Source: Sulfurovum sp. (GTDB lineage Bacteria > Campylobacterota > Campylobacteria > Campylobacterales > Sulfurovaceae). Taken from it: a stretch of 43,494 bases of DNA. Under the pieces are notes generated by a model. That model searched no databases, was not told where the DNA came from, and saw only the letters and a list, made by a program, of their open reading frames with translations. This document shows, one piece after another, positions 26,917 to 36,599 of the stretch; within the stretch, counting starts at the first letter, position 1, and each line of letters begins with the position of its first letter. The stretch is from NCBI GenBank assembly GCA_002733355.1, contig NVVN01000005.1:66104-109597 (forward strand), written 5' to 3'. Both the position numbers and the translations under genes were made by a program.

Positions 26917-28317
26917 TTAAAGAAAAGGTATCTCTAAAATACCTTCTTTTTTATTTTCAAGCTTTCTTATACAGTCTAGTAACAGAGCATAAAGGCCTTC
27001 TTCCAATGTAGGATGATAAAATGGAAACTCAATCATTTGATATACAGTCAGTTCCTGTTCTATTGCCCATGCAATTTGATGTGCAAGATGTTCTCCACCA
27101 GGTACTGCTATTTGTGCACCCAATATTTTTCCGTCACTTTTTTGCACATAAAGATTTGCTATACCCTTATTGATATTCATCAGCATGGCTCTTGCTTGTT
27201 TACTAAAGTCATAGCTTCCTATAAGGACACTCACATCATCTTTAATCTCTTTATATTCTTTACCTACAAAAGCGATATTTGGATCAGTGAATACAATGGC
27301 TAAAGGTACCTTTCTTTTGAAAGATTTTTGTTGATTTACAACATTATACCCTGCTATACGACCTTCATCTGCAGCCTCATGAAGTAGGGGTCTATCTGCA
27401 TTGACATCTCCTGCTATATAAATAGGAAGATCTTCTATCTGCATCGTTTGTCGGTTAAACTTTGGCATACCTTTTTTGTCTAATGTAATGCCAATATTTT
27501 CTAGTTTTAAGCTTTTAAGGTTTGGTTTTCTTCCTATGGATACTAAGACTTTGTCTACAAGTACTTCACGTTTACCACTTGTCATTTGTATTTTATCACC
27601 TACTTTTTCTAGACTTGCACGCTCGCCACCTCGCCACATTTCGAACTCTTTTTCGCAAAGTGAAACCATCACTTTATTGATGTCAGGATCACTTAGTCCG
27701 CCTATAAACTCTTTCGAATGTACACAAGTCACTTTTATACCAAGTTTTGAAAGTGCCTGACCTATTTCAAGTCCTATAATACCTAGTCCTAGTATACCTA
27801 GCGTAGGGGGAAGATCTTTTTGTTCGAAGAGTTCGTCTGTTGTCAGTATATATTCTCTAAAATCATTCCAAGCAATATCATACACTGGCGTAGAACCCGT
27901 AGCAATAATAATCTTTTGAGCATGTATCTCATCATCACCTACCTTAAGAGTATTCACATCTATAAATTCTGCTTTACCCGATAATGCTTTATCTCCAAGA
28001 GTAGTAATACTTTTTTTGATATTATAGTTAACAAGAATATCTCTGTGTTTTCTTACTCTTTGTAGCACATCGGGGATACATATTTCCAATTTATCTGCAT
28101 TTCGTATACCACTTTTCTCAAAATCATGTCGGTCAGAATAATACTCAGCTATGTGTATAAGAGATTTTGATGGCATACATCCAACTCGAGCACAGGTTGT
28201 TCCATAAGGTCCATCATTAATAAGAATAAAATTATCAGTCTCTTTTTTTACTTGAGAAAGGGCATATAAGCCTGCTGAACCTGCACCGATTATAGCAACA
28301 TCCACTTTTTTTTTCAT
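26917..28317 (-). CDS. Dihydrolipoyl dehydrogenase-like FAD-dependent disulfide oxidoreductase (orphan)
   Basis: GAGSAG, GTTCARVGCMPSK redox disulfide, GLGIIGLE, AGD, YHPTLEE; no E1/E2 genes adjacent. Confidence 0.88.
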   Translation of the reverse strand: MKKKVDVAIIGAGSAGLYALSQVKKETDNFILINDGPYGTTCARVGCMPSKSLIHIAEYYSDRHDFEKSGIRNADKLEICIPDVLQRVRKHRDILVNYNIKKSITTLGDKALSGKAEFIDVNTLKVGDDEIHAQKIIIATGSTPVYDIAWNDFREYILTTDELFEQKDLPPTLGILGLGIIGLEIGQALSKLGIKVTCVHSKEFIGGLSDPDINKVMVSLCEKEFEMWRGGERASLEKVGDKIQMTSGKREVLVDKVLVSIGRKPNLKSLKLENIGITLDKKGMPKFNRQTMQIEDLPIYIAGDVNADRPLLHEAADEGRIAGYNVVNQQKSFKRKVPLAIVFTDPNIAFVGKEYKEIKDDVSVLIGSYDFSKQARAMLMNINKGIANLYVQKSDGKILGAQIAVPGGEHLAHQIAWAIEQELTVYQMIEFPFYHPTLEEGLYALLLDCIRKLENKKEGILEIPFL

Positions 28318-28414
28318 TTTGGATCCTTATTTCATATTTAGGCATTAATATTTTATGAGTATAATCTAATTAGAGTCTAAAAACAAGATTTTTTATGTAT
28401 AGAGAGGTAGAAAG

Positions 28415-29278
28415 ATGATAAAAAAATTAAAAAGAATTGTAGTAGGAATAGATATCTTTTCAAAATCAAATATTGCACTTGAGAGAGCATTAATGATTGC
28501 AAAAAATAATAATTCCGAATTATATATTGTGCATATTGTTGAAACGCCTTGGCTGTCATTACCAAGTTATTTTGGAGGTGAAGAAATTATGATTGATACA
28601 CAGATATTAAAAAAGAAAATAACTAAAAAACTCAAAGATTTTAACAAAAATAATGATATACCTTGTACCATTTTTGTAAAAGAGGGAAGTGTTGTAGACA
28701 CTTTACTTCATGAAGCTAATTTACTTAAAGCTGATATATTGGTGATTGGAGCGAATACAAAAAAACAAAAAAAAGTTTTGGGTACAAGTGCAGAAAAAAT
28801 AATACATCAAAGTAAACTACCTGTCCTTGTAGTCAAAAACAATGTGAAAAAGACATATCAAAATATTGTTGCACCCACAGACTTCCAATCACAATCAATT
28901 CAGGGAATTAAATTCGCTCAAAATATTTTTCCGAAAGCAGAAATATGTGCGGTACATAGTATTGAAATGATATATTATATGTATGATATGCACATATCTG
29001 TAGGTTATGATTTACCCCAATACAATGAATTGTCAAAAGAAAATGCAGAAGCGAGCATGAAAAAACTTATCAAAGATCTTTCTCTTCATAAAGGTAAAAA
29101 TCTTGATAGTGACTTTGAAAGTAAAAAAGCATTACTAAATTATATCAAAAATGCATCTTATGACTTAACCGTAGTGGGTTCTAGAAGTATTGAAGGTTTT
29201 GCATCATTATTGTTAGGGAGTGTAAGCTCAACTATTCTAAGAAAAGTCAAAACAGATGTTTTAGTTTATGTAGCATAA
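28415..29278 (+). CDS. Tandem-domain universal stress protein
   Basis: IVVGIDIF...ADILVIG...GTSAEKII; second domain IVAPTDF...LTVVGSR...LLGSVSSTIL...DVLV. Confidence 0.93.
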   Translation: MIKKLKRIVVGIDIFSKSNIALERALMIAKNNNSELYIVHIVETPWLSLPSYFGGEEIMIDTQILKKKITKKLKDFNKNNDIPCTIFVKEGSVVDTLLHEANLLKADILVIGANTKKQKKVLGTSAEKIIHQSKLPVLVVKNNVKKTYQNIVAPTDFQSQSIQGIKFAQNIFPKAEICAVHSIEMIYYMYDMHISVGYDLPQYNELSKENAEASMKKLIKDLSLHKGKNLDSDFESKKALLNYIKNASYDLTVVGSRSIEGFASLLLGSVSSTILRKVKTDVLVYVA

Positions 29279-29287
29279 TAAAAAATT

Positions 29288-29431
29288 TGATATACCAATT
29301 TTTTCCCCGTATTTATCGATATGTGATTTTTTATGCAAACGTTTTTCAATCCCTGTTTGGAAATTTTCCTGCTTATCTCTTTCTCCATGAATGAGAAAAA
29401 TATTCTCTATTTTTTTAAACTTTTCGACGTA
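29288..29431 (-). pseudogene. 3' remnant of an MBL-fold beta-CASP ribonuclease gene
   Basis: Manual translation YVEKFKKIENIFLIHGERDKQENFQTGIEKRLHKKSHIDKYGEKIGI matches the C-terminal (I/V)FL(V/I)HGE RNA-specificity segment of beta-CASP nucleases; the rest of the gene is absent. Confidence 0.7.
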
Positions 29432-29899
29432 ATAAAATAAAATCCTTGGCTTGAATACGATGCTGCTTCATTTATTACCATCACCATCGATAATGGTAAA
29501 TTAAGAGGATGTATAGGTTCTCTCATTTCACATCGTAAATTATATATAGATGTCATGCAAAACACTAAAGGTGCAGCTATGAATGACCCAAGGTTTCCTT
29601 CTTTAAGTGTAAAAGAATTTGAGGATATAAAAATATAAGTATCTATATTAATACAACCAAAAAAGATTATTTATAATTCTCTTGAAATGTTAAAATCAAA
29701 AATACGTATTGGTGTTGATGGTGTCATCTTGAAGCATTGTAGTTATCAAGCTACACCTTTACCACAGGTCTGGAAAGAGTTGCCTACATTTTACATTTTT
29801 TTCTCACATCTTTGTCAAAAAGCTGGTATGTACAAAGATGGTTTAAGTAGCAACCTTCAGACTTTCACATATCAAGTTAACAAATACAGTGAAATTTAA
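29426..29899 (+). pseudogene. AMMECR1-domain (AmmeMemoRadiSam protein A) pseudogene, 5'-truncated with in-frame stops
   Basis: One frame reads DVIK*NPWLEYDAASFITI...LRGCIGSL...NDPRF...IKI*VSIL...GVDGVIL...ATPLPQVW...HLCQKAG; stops at 29438-29440 and 29636-29638. Confidence 0.88.
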
Positions 29900-29953
29900 C
29901 AAAAGAAAGTATTAACCCCGAATTTAAATGTAAAATAAATGAAAGGATATAAA

Positions 29954-32359
29954 ATGTCTAAGTATATCAAGTGGTTTAATGAATTAGGTATTGAGGATGT
30001 TGATCTTGTCGGTGGCAAAAATGCTTCATTGGGCGAAATGTACCAAAAGCTTACCCATAAAGGCATACGCATACCCAATGGCTTTGCAATAACTGCTGAG
30101 GCTTACCGTTATATCTTAGACAGTAATGAAGTCTGGGGATCATTGCATAAAGAACTTGACTCCTTAAACCCAGATGATGTGACACAGTTACAGCAAAGGG
30201 GTAAAAACTGTAGAAGTATCATTCAAAACTGTACATTACCCGACGACCTGATTTCTGAAGTCCACATTGCCTATGAAGCACTTAAATACGAATATGGTAA
30301 CAAAGTTACTTTTGCAGTACGCAGTTCTGCGACTGCGGAAGATTCACCTGAAGCTTCATTTGCAGGGCAAAATGACAGTTATCTCAACATATCTGACCTG
30401 GAGGCATTACTGGACACGTATAAACGATGTTTAGCTTCTAATTTTACAGATCGTTCTTTGCATTATAAATATGATCATGGTTTTGATTACTTAAAAGTAC
30501 ATGTCAGTGTTGTTGTGATGAAAATGGTAAGAAGCGACATTGGGCAAAGCGGGGTAATGTTTTCCATTGATTCGGAGACAGGATTTAAAGATGTTGTATT
30601 TATCAATGCTGCTTATGGCTTGGGTGAAAACATTGTACAGGGGAGTATTGCACCAGACAGTTTTTACGTTCATAAACCAACTTTTAAAAAAGGCTACCGT
30701 TCAGTACTTAAACGAAGGCTTGGAGACAAAGCGCTTACAATGGTTTTTTCAGATACTGTGACTACAGATATAGAGTATACAAAAAATATACCTACACCTT
30801 TAGAAATGCAAAAAAAGTTTTCTATTACCGATAAAGATGTTTTAGAGTTGGCTGACTATGCTATAAAAATAGAAGAACATTACTCTCAACAAGCAGGATA
30901 TGCAAAACCTATGGACATGGAATGGGCCAAAGACGGGTTAGATGGGAAACTTTACATTGTTCAAGCTCGCCCTGAAACTGTAGAATCCAGAAAAGAAGGC
31001 AATATTTTAAAAATGTATACTTTGCTTCAACATAGTAAAATATTGCTGGAAGGTCGGGCTGTTGGAACCAAAATAGGTTCTGGAAAAATACGTAAAATTA
31101 CAGATATAAGTAAATTGAACGAGTTTCAAACAGGTGACGTACTGGTTGCAACGACTACCAACCCTGATTGGGAACCTATCATGAAAATGGCTTCTGCTAT
31201 AGTAACAGACAGTGGTGGAAGAACCTGCCATGCTGCAATTGTCTCTAGAGAACTAGGAATACCTGCTATTGTTGGTGCAAAAAATGCTACGAACATTTTA
31301 AGGGATTCACGTGAGGTGACAGTGAGTTGTTCTGAGGGTGAAACAGGCTTAGTATACGAAGGATTACTTGATTTTGAAATTATAGAAACGAACCTTAGTA
31401 GTATGCCAAGTACAAAAACACAAATCATGATGAACCTCGGTAATCCTGACCTTGCATTTTCTCTTGCATCACTTCCTGTAGACGGCATAGGTCTTGCACG
31501 TATGGAATTTATTATTAATACATCTATCAAAGCACATCCCATGGCACTACTACATCCTGAGAAACTCGATACTCTAACTCAAGATAAAATAAGTAAACTG
31601 ATATTTGGACATAAAAGTGCCAAAAGTTTTTTTATGTATACACTTTCAGAAGGTGTGGCAAGTATTGCTTCAGCAGTGTATCCCAAACCTTGCATTGTAA
31701 GAATGAGTGACTTTAAAAGCAATGAATATGCCACGCTTATAGGTGGAGCATTTTTTGAGAAAGATGAACCCAATCCTATGATAGGTTTTCGTGGTGCATC
31801 ACGTTATACACATCCTGCCTATGAGGAAGCATTCGCCCTAGAGTGTGCAGCCATGAAGCGTGTAAGAGATGAAATGGGATTTGATAATGTAATTTTGATG
31901 ATACCTTTTTGTCGCAGAGTGGATGAAGGTAAAAAAGTACTTGAAGTCATGGAAAAGTATGGTTTGAAGCAAGGAGAAAATGGCTTAAAAGTCTATGTCA
32001 TGTGTGAGATACCAAATAATGTGATACTCATCGATGAATTTTGTAAATATTTTGATGGTATCAGTATAGGTTCAAATGATTTGACACAGCTCACACTTGG
32101 TGTGGACAGGGATTCTGAAATTGTTGCTTTTGATTATGATGAACGTGACCCAGGCGTTATGAAAATGATAGAAATGGCAGTTGAGGGTGCAAAACGCAAC
32201 CATCGCCATAGTAGTATATGCGGGCAGGGACCTTCTGATTACCCTGAAATGGCAGAAGCACTTGTAGATATGGGGATAGACTCCATAAGCCTTAACCCAG
32301 ATACTGTTTTAGAAACTATACAACTTATTAGTAAACTGGAGTCAAGAAAGAAGAGATAA
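29954..32359 (+). CDS. ppsA: Phosphoenolpyruvate synthase
   Basis: VGGKNASLGEM, AVRSSATAED...SFAGQ, IVQARPET, GGRTCHAAIVSRELG (phospho-His), IGSNDLTQLTLG; SD AAGGA before ATG 29954. Confidence 0.96.
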   Translation: MSKYIKWFNELGIEDVDLVGGKNASLGEMYQKLTHKGIRIPNGFAITAEAYRYILDSNEVWGSLHKELDSLNPDDVTQLQQRGKNCRSIIQNCTLPDDLISEVHIAYEALKYEYGNKVTFAVRSSATAEDSPEASFAGQNDSYLNISDLEALLDTYKRCLASNFTDRSLHYKYDHGFDYLKVHVSVVVMKMVRSDIGQSGVMFSIDSETGFKDVVFINAAYGLGENIVQGSIAPDSFYVHKPTFKKGYRSVLKRRLGDKALTMVFSDTVTTDIEYTKNIPTPLEMQKKFSITDKDVLELADYAIKIEEHYSQQAGYAKPMDMEWAKDGLDGKLYIVQARPETVESRKEGNILKMYTLLQHSKILLEGRAVGTKIGSGKIRKITDISKLNEFQTGDVLVATTTNPDWEPIMKMASAIVTDSGGRTCHAAIVSRELGIPAIVGAKNATNILRDSREVTVSCSEGETGLVYEGLLDFEIIETNLSSMPSTKTQIMMNLGNPDLAFSLASLPVDGIGLARMEFIINTSIKAHPMALLHPEKLDTLTQDKISKLIFGHKSAKSFFMYTLSEGVASIASAVYPKPCIVRMSDFKSNEYATLIGGAFFEKDEPNPMIGFRGASRYTHPAYEEAFALECAAMKRVRDEMGFDNVILMIPFCRRVDEGKKVLEVMEKYGLKQGENGLKVYVMCEIPNNVILIDEFCKYFDGISIGSNDLTQLTLGVDRDSEIVAFDYDERDPGVMKMIEMAVEGAKRNHRHSSICGQGPSDYPEMAEALVDMGIDSISLNPDTVLETIQLISKLESRKKR

Positions 32360-32364
32360 TTAAA

Positions 32365-32540
32365 TTATTTCTTCTTAGCGTTCTTTTTCTTTTTAGTATT
32401 CTTTTTTTGCTCGGCTTTTTCTTTTTTCTTATAGTCTTTAATATGCTTTTTAATTTCTTGCTTTAACTCTTTTTTCAGCATATTATCCATTTATTTTTTA
32501 ATATATTTTCTTATTTTCTTATTTTCTTTTTTTCACTCAT
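32365..32540 (-). pseudogene. Disrupted Lys-rich small basic protein gene (~55 aa when restored)
   Basis: SD AAGGA and ATG 32540; removing one of three 8-bp repeats gives MSEKKKIRKYIKK*MDNMLKKELKQEIKKHIKDYKKKEKAEQKKNTKKKKNAKKK. Confidence 0.55.
32505..32528. repeat. Tandem repeat (ATTTTCTT)x3
   Basis: Exact copies at 32505-32512, 32513-32520 and 32521-32528. Confidence 0.9.
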
Positions 32541-32607
32541 AGTAGTCCTTTTAAATTATTCATTAATTATATCATAGGACAAAAAAACTTCAGAAACTTT
32601 AAAGTTA

Positions 32608-32868
32608 CTAGTTACAGATTGCCTGTTTTGTCTTTTCCTGATTAAGTTTTTTAATAAGTTTACTTGAAAGTTCAGCATATCGTTCTTCATCAAGACTTAA
32701 TTGTGACTGTATCGCTTCCATATCTGTTCCTGCCGCCCATGCTTTAAGCAATTTTAATTCTTTTTTAGTGAGTTTTAATTTTAATGCTTCATGTAATGCA
32801 TCTTCTTCTTTGAGTGGGTTTACTAATTTGTTGATGTGTTTTTCGATTTCCATATTAAGTGTTAACAA
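32608..32868 (-). CDS. Hypothetical protein (86 aa), possible LuxR-like helical DNA-binding fold
   Basis: TTG start with SD AGGA directly after crcB; KLTKKELKLL...IQSQLSLDEERY...LIKKLN pattern. Confidence 0.7.
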   Translation of the reverse strand: MLTLNMEIEKHINKLVNPLKEEDALHEALKLKLTKKELKLLKAWAAGTDMEAIQSQLSLDEERYAELSSKLIKKLNQEKTKQAICN

Positions 32869-32876
32869 TGTTTTTC

Positions 32877-33266
32877 CTATTTTGTAAGATGTAAGACCAT
32901 AGTGTACCCAATACCAGCAAACAAAATGGTTCCAAAAAGACTAAGTGCCATATTTGCAAATGCCTGTCCATAATGACCGGCTTCGAGTAAAAAGAAACTT
33001 TCTATAGCAAATGTGGAGTAAGTTGTGAGTGCTCCCAATATCCCTGTCACCATAAAAGTTTTAAGGTGAGGGGAGAGCGTTGTGTTAAAATGAAAATAGG
33101 CAAACAGCATACCTATCAACAAAGAACCTATTAGATTTACCACCAATGTTCCTAAAGGCAGAGCATGGATAAAGTTTTTATTGACCGCAGTATTGATAAG
33201 TAGTCTCAGTGTTGCACCAATTGCACCACCGCTAGCGACTGCGAGAATGGTTAGAGAGCTCGTCAT
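32877..33266 (-). CDS. crcB: Fluoride channel CrcB/Fluc
   Basis: GGAIGATLR, GTLVVNLIG, TGILGALTTYSTF. Confidence 0.95.
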   Translation of the reverse strand: MTSSLTILAVASGGAIGATLRLLINTAVNKNFIHALPLGTLVVNLIGSLLIGMLFAYFHFNTTLSPHLKTFMVTGILGALTTYSTFAIESFFLLEAGHYGQAFANMALSLFGTILFAGIGYTMVLHLTK

Positions 33267-33942
33267 CTATCGCCTTTTGCATGTCTTCACGTAAAACTTC
33301 AAACCACTTTTCATCCGTATTTTCAATATTTATAGTTGCTAAAAATTTATAATGTACTGTACCTGAATGTGCCGTTTTATCATGCTCATTAAGTACCCAT
33401 TTACTACCTGTAATCACAATGGGTTGAACCTTTAAACCCAATCTATTCGCTATGATTTTTGTACCTTGTTTAAAAGGAAGCAATGTTTGTTTGTCTGTTC
33501 TAGTTCCCTCAGGAAAAATAGCAACAGGACGATGTAAACTTTCTTTAGATATTTTCACATCTTTAATAAGCTTAATGAGTCCTGCTTTATTGGCCCGGTC
33601 TAGCGAAATCATCTCTCCATGACGTAAAAGATTACCAAACCACAATGCATCAAAAAGTTCTTTTTTTGCTACCCAACGTACATGATTATTTTGTAAAGCT
33701 TCCAGTCCAATGATATCGACGATACCTTGATGATTCATCACATACATATCTGCATCCGTATCCATAGTACCTGTCCTGGCCAACTTTCCACCCATCATAA
33801 AGAGTGTCAGACTGTTAATGTGGTGGACAATTGTACTCTTGTATTTTCCAAATAGCATCAGTGCAGGTATCATAAAAACAGCCGTATTAAAAGAGATGAT
33901 AAAAGCACCCCAGTAAAATCTAATCGTCGCAAAGATCTTCAT
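33232..33942 (-). CDS. plsC: 1-acyl-sn-glycerol-3-phosphate acyltransferase
   Basis: NHQGIVD (HxxxxD), FPEGTR, FKQG; conserved position next to crcB. Confidence 0.9.
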   Translation of the reverse strand: MKIFATIRFYWGAFIISFNTAVFMIPALMLFGKYKSTIVHHINSLTLFMMGGKLARTGTMDTDADMYVMNHQGIVDIIGLEALQNNHVRWVAKKELFDALWFGNLLRHGEMISLDRANKAGLIKLIKDVKISKESLHRPVAIFPEGTRTDKQTLLPFKQGTKIIANRLGLKVQPIVITGSKWVLNEHDKTAHSGTVHYKFLATINIENTDEKWFEVLREDMQKAIDDELSNHSRSR

Positions 33943-34960
33943 TTTTGATCCATCCTATGATTCCTTTTTTATATTCTACTTTTTTATACTCTCCGTGTTC
34001 AGCCAACAACATCGTATCTAATTCTTTCTCAATCCTCGTACCAATAGTGCTTATAGTGGTAGGTATAATATACAGTGGTGCACCTTGTTTTACGCATATT
34101 TTTTTATGAGGTATATAAAATGTTAGAAGTGTTATGATCGAAATAACACCCAGAACAAGATACAAAAAATCCCTTTTCCATATAAACATCAATAAAAAGA
34201 AGATAGCGAATGTAATCAGAGTATATCGTTTAAGTCTTTTAAATGCATCCACTTTTGGGTTAAGGTCTGACTGTGTTGTTACAGAGGCATTGGCTACTTC
34301 TACAGAGACACTAATAGGGATATAACGTTGTTTAATCGTATTGAAATATGTAAATGTTAGTTCTTTTTGATCACGTGGTAGAACAGCATAAAATTCAGCT
34401 ATTACTTTTGCGTTATCACGTTTTATATCTTCTATTCCATATTCATTAATATTTTTTAAACTCATATCTTCAATATTAGCTTCATATGCCTCAATAGACA
34501 GTGTAACCATATGGCTACTTTCATCAAAATTTGAAACTTGATAATTTTTTATTTTCATATCAGCAGCCAAAACACCTGAAAAGTCTTTTTGTGGTTTCAA
34601 TGTGGCAAGTGATATGTAATGTTTATCTAAAGAGAGTTCATGTGTATCAGATGATATAAAAAGTATTGGGATACGTACATCTGATTTTCCAGCTTTAAAA
34701 TAGTAGGTATAGAAAGTATCATTACCATTTTTAACTTGTAAAGGAATTTCAAATAAGGGTTGAGTAGGGCTGGAACTATCAAACACTAAAGTAGGGTTTT
34801 CATCGCTACTGTCAACACCGACAACTGTGACAGGAAAAAGTTGGTTTTCATATACTTTTTTAGGCATATAGCTATATTCATATTCACTCTGTGCACTTAG
34901 ATAGCTAGTAAAAGTAAGGACCAATACTACACAAAACCATACAGACCGAAGTATTGACAT
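33920..34960 (-). CDS. Conserved Campylobacterota exported/membrane protein with C-terminal SH3-like segment (Cj0515-like)
   Basis: Signal peptide, late TM pair, KGIIGWIK; occupies the purQ-plsC slot known from Campylobacter. Confidence 0.75.
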   Translation of the reverse strand: MSILRSVWFCVVLVLTFTSYLSAQSEYEYSYMPKKVYENQLFPVTVVGVDSSDENPTLVFDSSSPTQPLFEIPLQVKNGNDTFYTYYFKAGKSDVRIPILFISSDTHELSLDKHYISLATLKPQKDFSGVLAADMKIKNYQVSNFDESSHMVTLSIEAYEANIEDMSLKNINEYGIEDIKRDNAKVIAEFYAVLPRDQKELTFTYFNTIKQRYIPISVSVEVANASVTTQSDLNPKVDAFKRLKRYTLITFAIFFLLMFIWKRDFLYLVLGVISIITLLTFYIPHKKICVKQGAPLYIIPTTISTIGTRIEKELDTMLLAEHGEYKKVEYKKGIIGWIKNEDLCDD

Positions 34961-35631
34961 TAGGCACTAAAGCCTTTTAACATACGTATGCCATCAACTG
35001 AGCCTAAGATAACCTCTAAAGCACGTTCAGGGTGTGGCATAAGACCAAAGACATTTTTAGCTTCATTACAAACACCTGCGATGGATGTAACTGATCCATT
35101 TACTACAACTGGATTACCTTGTGTATCACAATAACGAAGAAGTATTTGACCATTGGCTTCTATCTGTTTGAAGTCTTCCTCATCAATATAATAATTTCCA
35201 TCAGCATGCGCAATAGGAATATTGAGGACTTCACCTTTTTCACATTGATTCAAAAATGCATTGTCATTGTTGATAACACAAAGGTTTTGATGCTTAGAGA
35301 TAAAATGTAGATTGTTGTTACGTTTGAGTGCGCCAGGTAGGAGACCTGCTTCGGTAAGGATTTGAAAACCATTACAAATACCAAGTACTTTCCCACCATT
35401 ATGTGCAAACTGGATAACCGTTTTCATAATAGGTGAGAATCTTGCGATAGAACCAGAACGTAAATAATCGCCATAAGAAAATCCGCCAGGTACTACTACA
35501 AGGTCAATATCTGATGGAAGGGTATCTTCTTCATGCCATATAAGTTCAGTCGTATAACCTAACTTTTCAAAAGCATACTGTGTGTCGAACTCACAGTTTG
35601 TTCCCGGAAATCTTAATACAGCTACTTTCAT
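34960..35631 (-). CDS. purQ: Phosphoribosylformylglycinamidine synthase glutaminase subunit
   Basis: FPGTNC, PGGFSYGDYLR, GICNGFQIL, MPHPER. Confidence 0.97.
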   Translation of the reverse strand: MKVAVLRFPGTNCEFDTQYAFEKLGYTTELIWHEEDTLPSDIDLVVVPGGFSYGDYLRSGSIARFSPIMKTVIQFAHNGGKVLGICNGFQILTEAGLLPGALKRNNNLHFISKHQNLCVINNDNAFLNQCEKGEVLNIPIAHADGNYYIDEEDFKQIEANGQILLRYCDTQGNPVVVNGSVTSIAGVCNEAKNVFGLMPHPERALEVILGSVDGIRMLKGFSA

Positions 35632-35632
35632 A

Positions 35633-35872
35633 TTAGTTAATCTCTATTGTGTAGTCTTCGATGACAGTATTCGCCAGTAGTGTTTCACACATCTCTTTGG
35701 CTTCAGCTTCAGCCTTCACTTTATCATCTGTATCAAGCTTAATAATAATTTGTTTACCAATACGCACATCATCCACTCCTGCAAAGCCTAAAGAATCAAG
35801 TGCGTGGTGTGCTGCTTTTCCTTGAGGGTCTAATACCCCATCTTTTAAAAATATGTTTACTACTGCTGTCAT
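35633..35872 (-). CDS. purS: Phosphoribosylformylglycinamidine synthase subunit PurS
   Basis: VLDPQG, VRIGK, LLANTVIEDY. Confidence 0.96.
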   Translation of the reverse strand: MTAVVNIFLKDGVLDPQGKAAHHALDSLGFAGVDDVRIGKQIIIKLDTDDKVKAEAEAKEMCETLLANTVIEDYTIEIN

Positions 35873-35883
35873 TCGTTTATCCC

Positions 35884-36597
35884 TTATCTGTTTTTAATTC
35901 TGTCAAGTACTTTTTTGTATGCTTCTGTAAGACCACCAAGTCCTTGTCTAAATCTGTCTTTGTCTAGTTTTTCATCTGTATTCGCATCCCAAAGCCTAAA
36001 GTTATCAGGACTTAATTCATCAATAAGGATAATATTTCCATCTTTATCTCTACCAAACTCTAATTTGAAATCTACAACCTTAATATCAAGACCGATATAA
36101 AATTCACTAAGCAGCGTATTGATACGTCTAGCCATAAATCTTATATAATCAAGTTCATCGGTATTTTTAACAAGGTTCAATATGAGACAATGTTGGTCGT
36201 TTAGCTTAGGATCACCCAGTGCATCATTTTTATAGTCAAATTCTACAAGTGTAAAGGGAAGTACCGTTTTATCTGCAATACCTAAGTTTCTACTCAAAGA
36301 ACCTGTAGCGATATTTCTTACAATGACTTCCAAGTAGATGACTTCAGCTGCTTTATGTAACATATGATTATCATCAATCGTATCTACATAATGCGTAGCG
36401 ATACCCTTTTCATTCAAGTATTTGAAAAGCTCTGTCGAAATTTGATTATTAAGTGCACCTTTACCTTCTTCACTTGATTTCTTTTCTCCATTAAATGCAG
36501 TTAAAGAGTCTTTAAATTCCGAAATTAGTAAATACTTGTCTTCTGTTTTCCAAATTTTCTTAGCTTTTCCTTCATACAAGAGTTCTGTTTTTCTCAT
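35884..36597 (-). CDS. purC: SAICAR synthase
   Basis: [51 protein letters not shown]. Confidence 0.97.
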   Translation of the reverse strand: MRKTELLYEGKAKKIWKTEDKYLLISEFKDSLTAFNGEKKSSEEGKGALNNQISTELFKYLNEKGIATHYVDTIDDNHMLHKAAEVIYLEVIVRNIATGSLSRNLGIADKTVLPFTLVEFDYKNDALGDPKLNDQHCLILNLVKNTDELDYIRFMARRINTLLSEFYIGLDIKVVDFKLEFGRDKDGNIILIDELSPDNFRLWDANTDEKLDKDRFRQGLGGLTEAYKKVLDRIKNR

Positions 36598-36599
36598 GC

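Noticed and set aside
29387-29425. Apparent AMMECR1 start MNEKNILYFFKLF
   Set aside because: It is the antisense reading of the beta-CASP remnant, not a real N-terminus.
29687-29899. 70-aa ORF as a stand-alone gene
   Set aside because: It is only the part of the AMMECR1 pseudogene after the second stop.
33267-33400. Fluoride riboswitch upstream of crcB
   Set aside because: crcB overlaps plsC inside an operon; no leader or riboswitch consensus seen.
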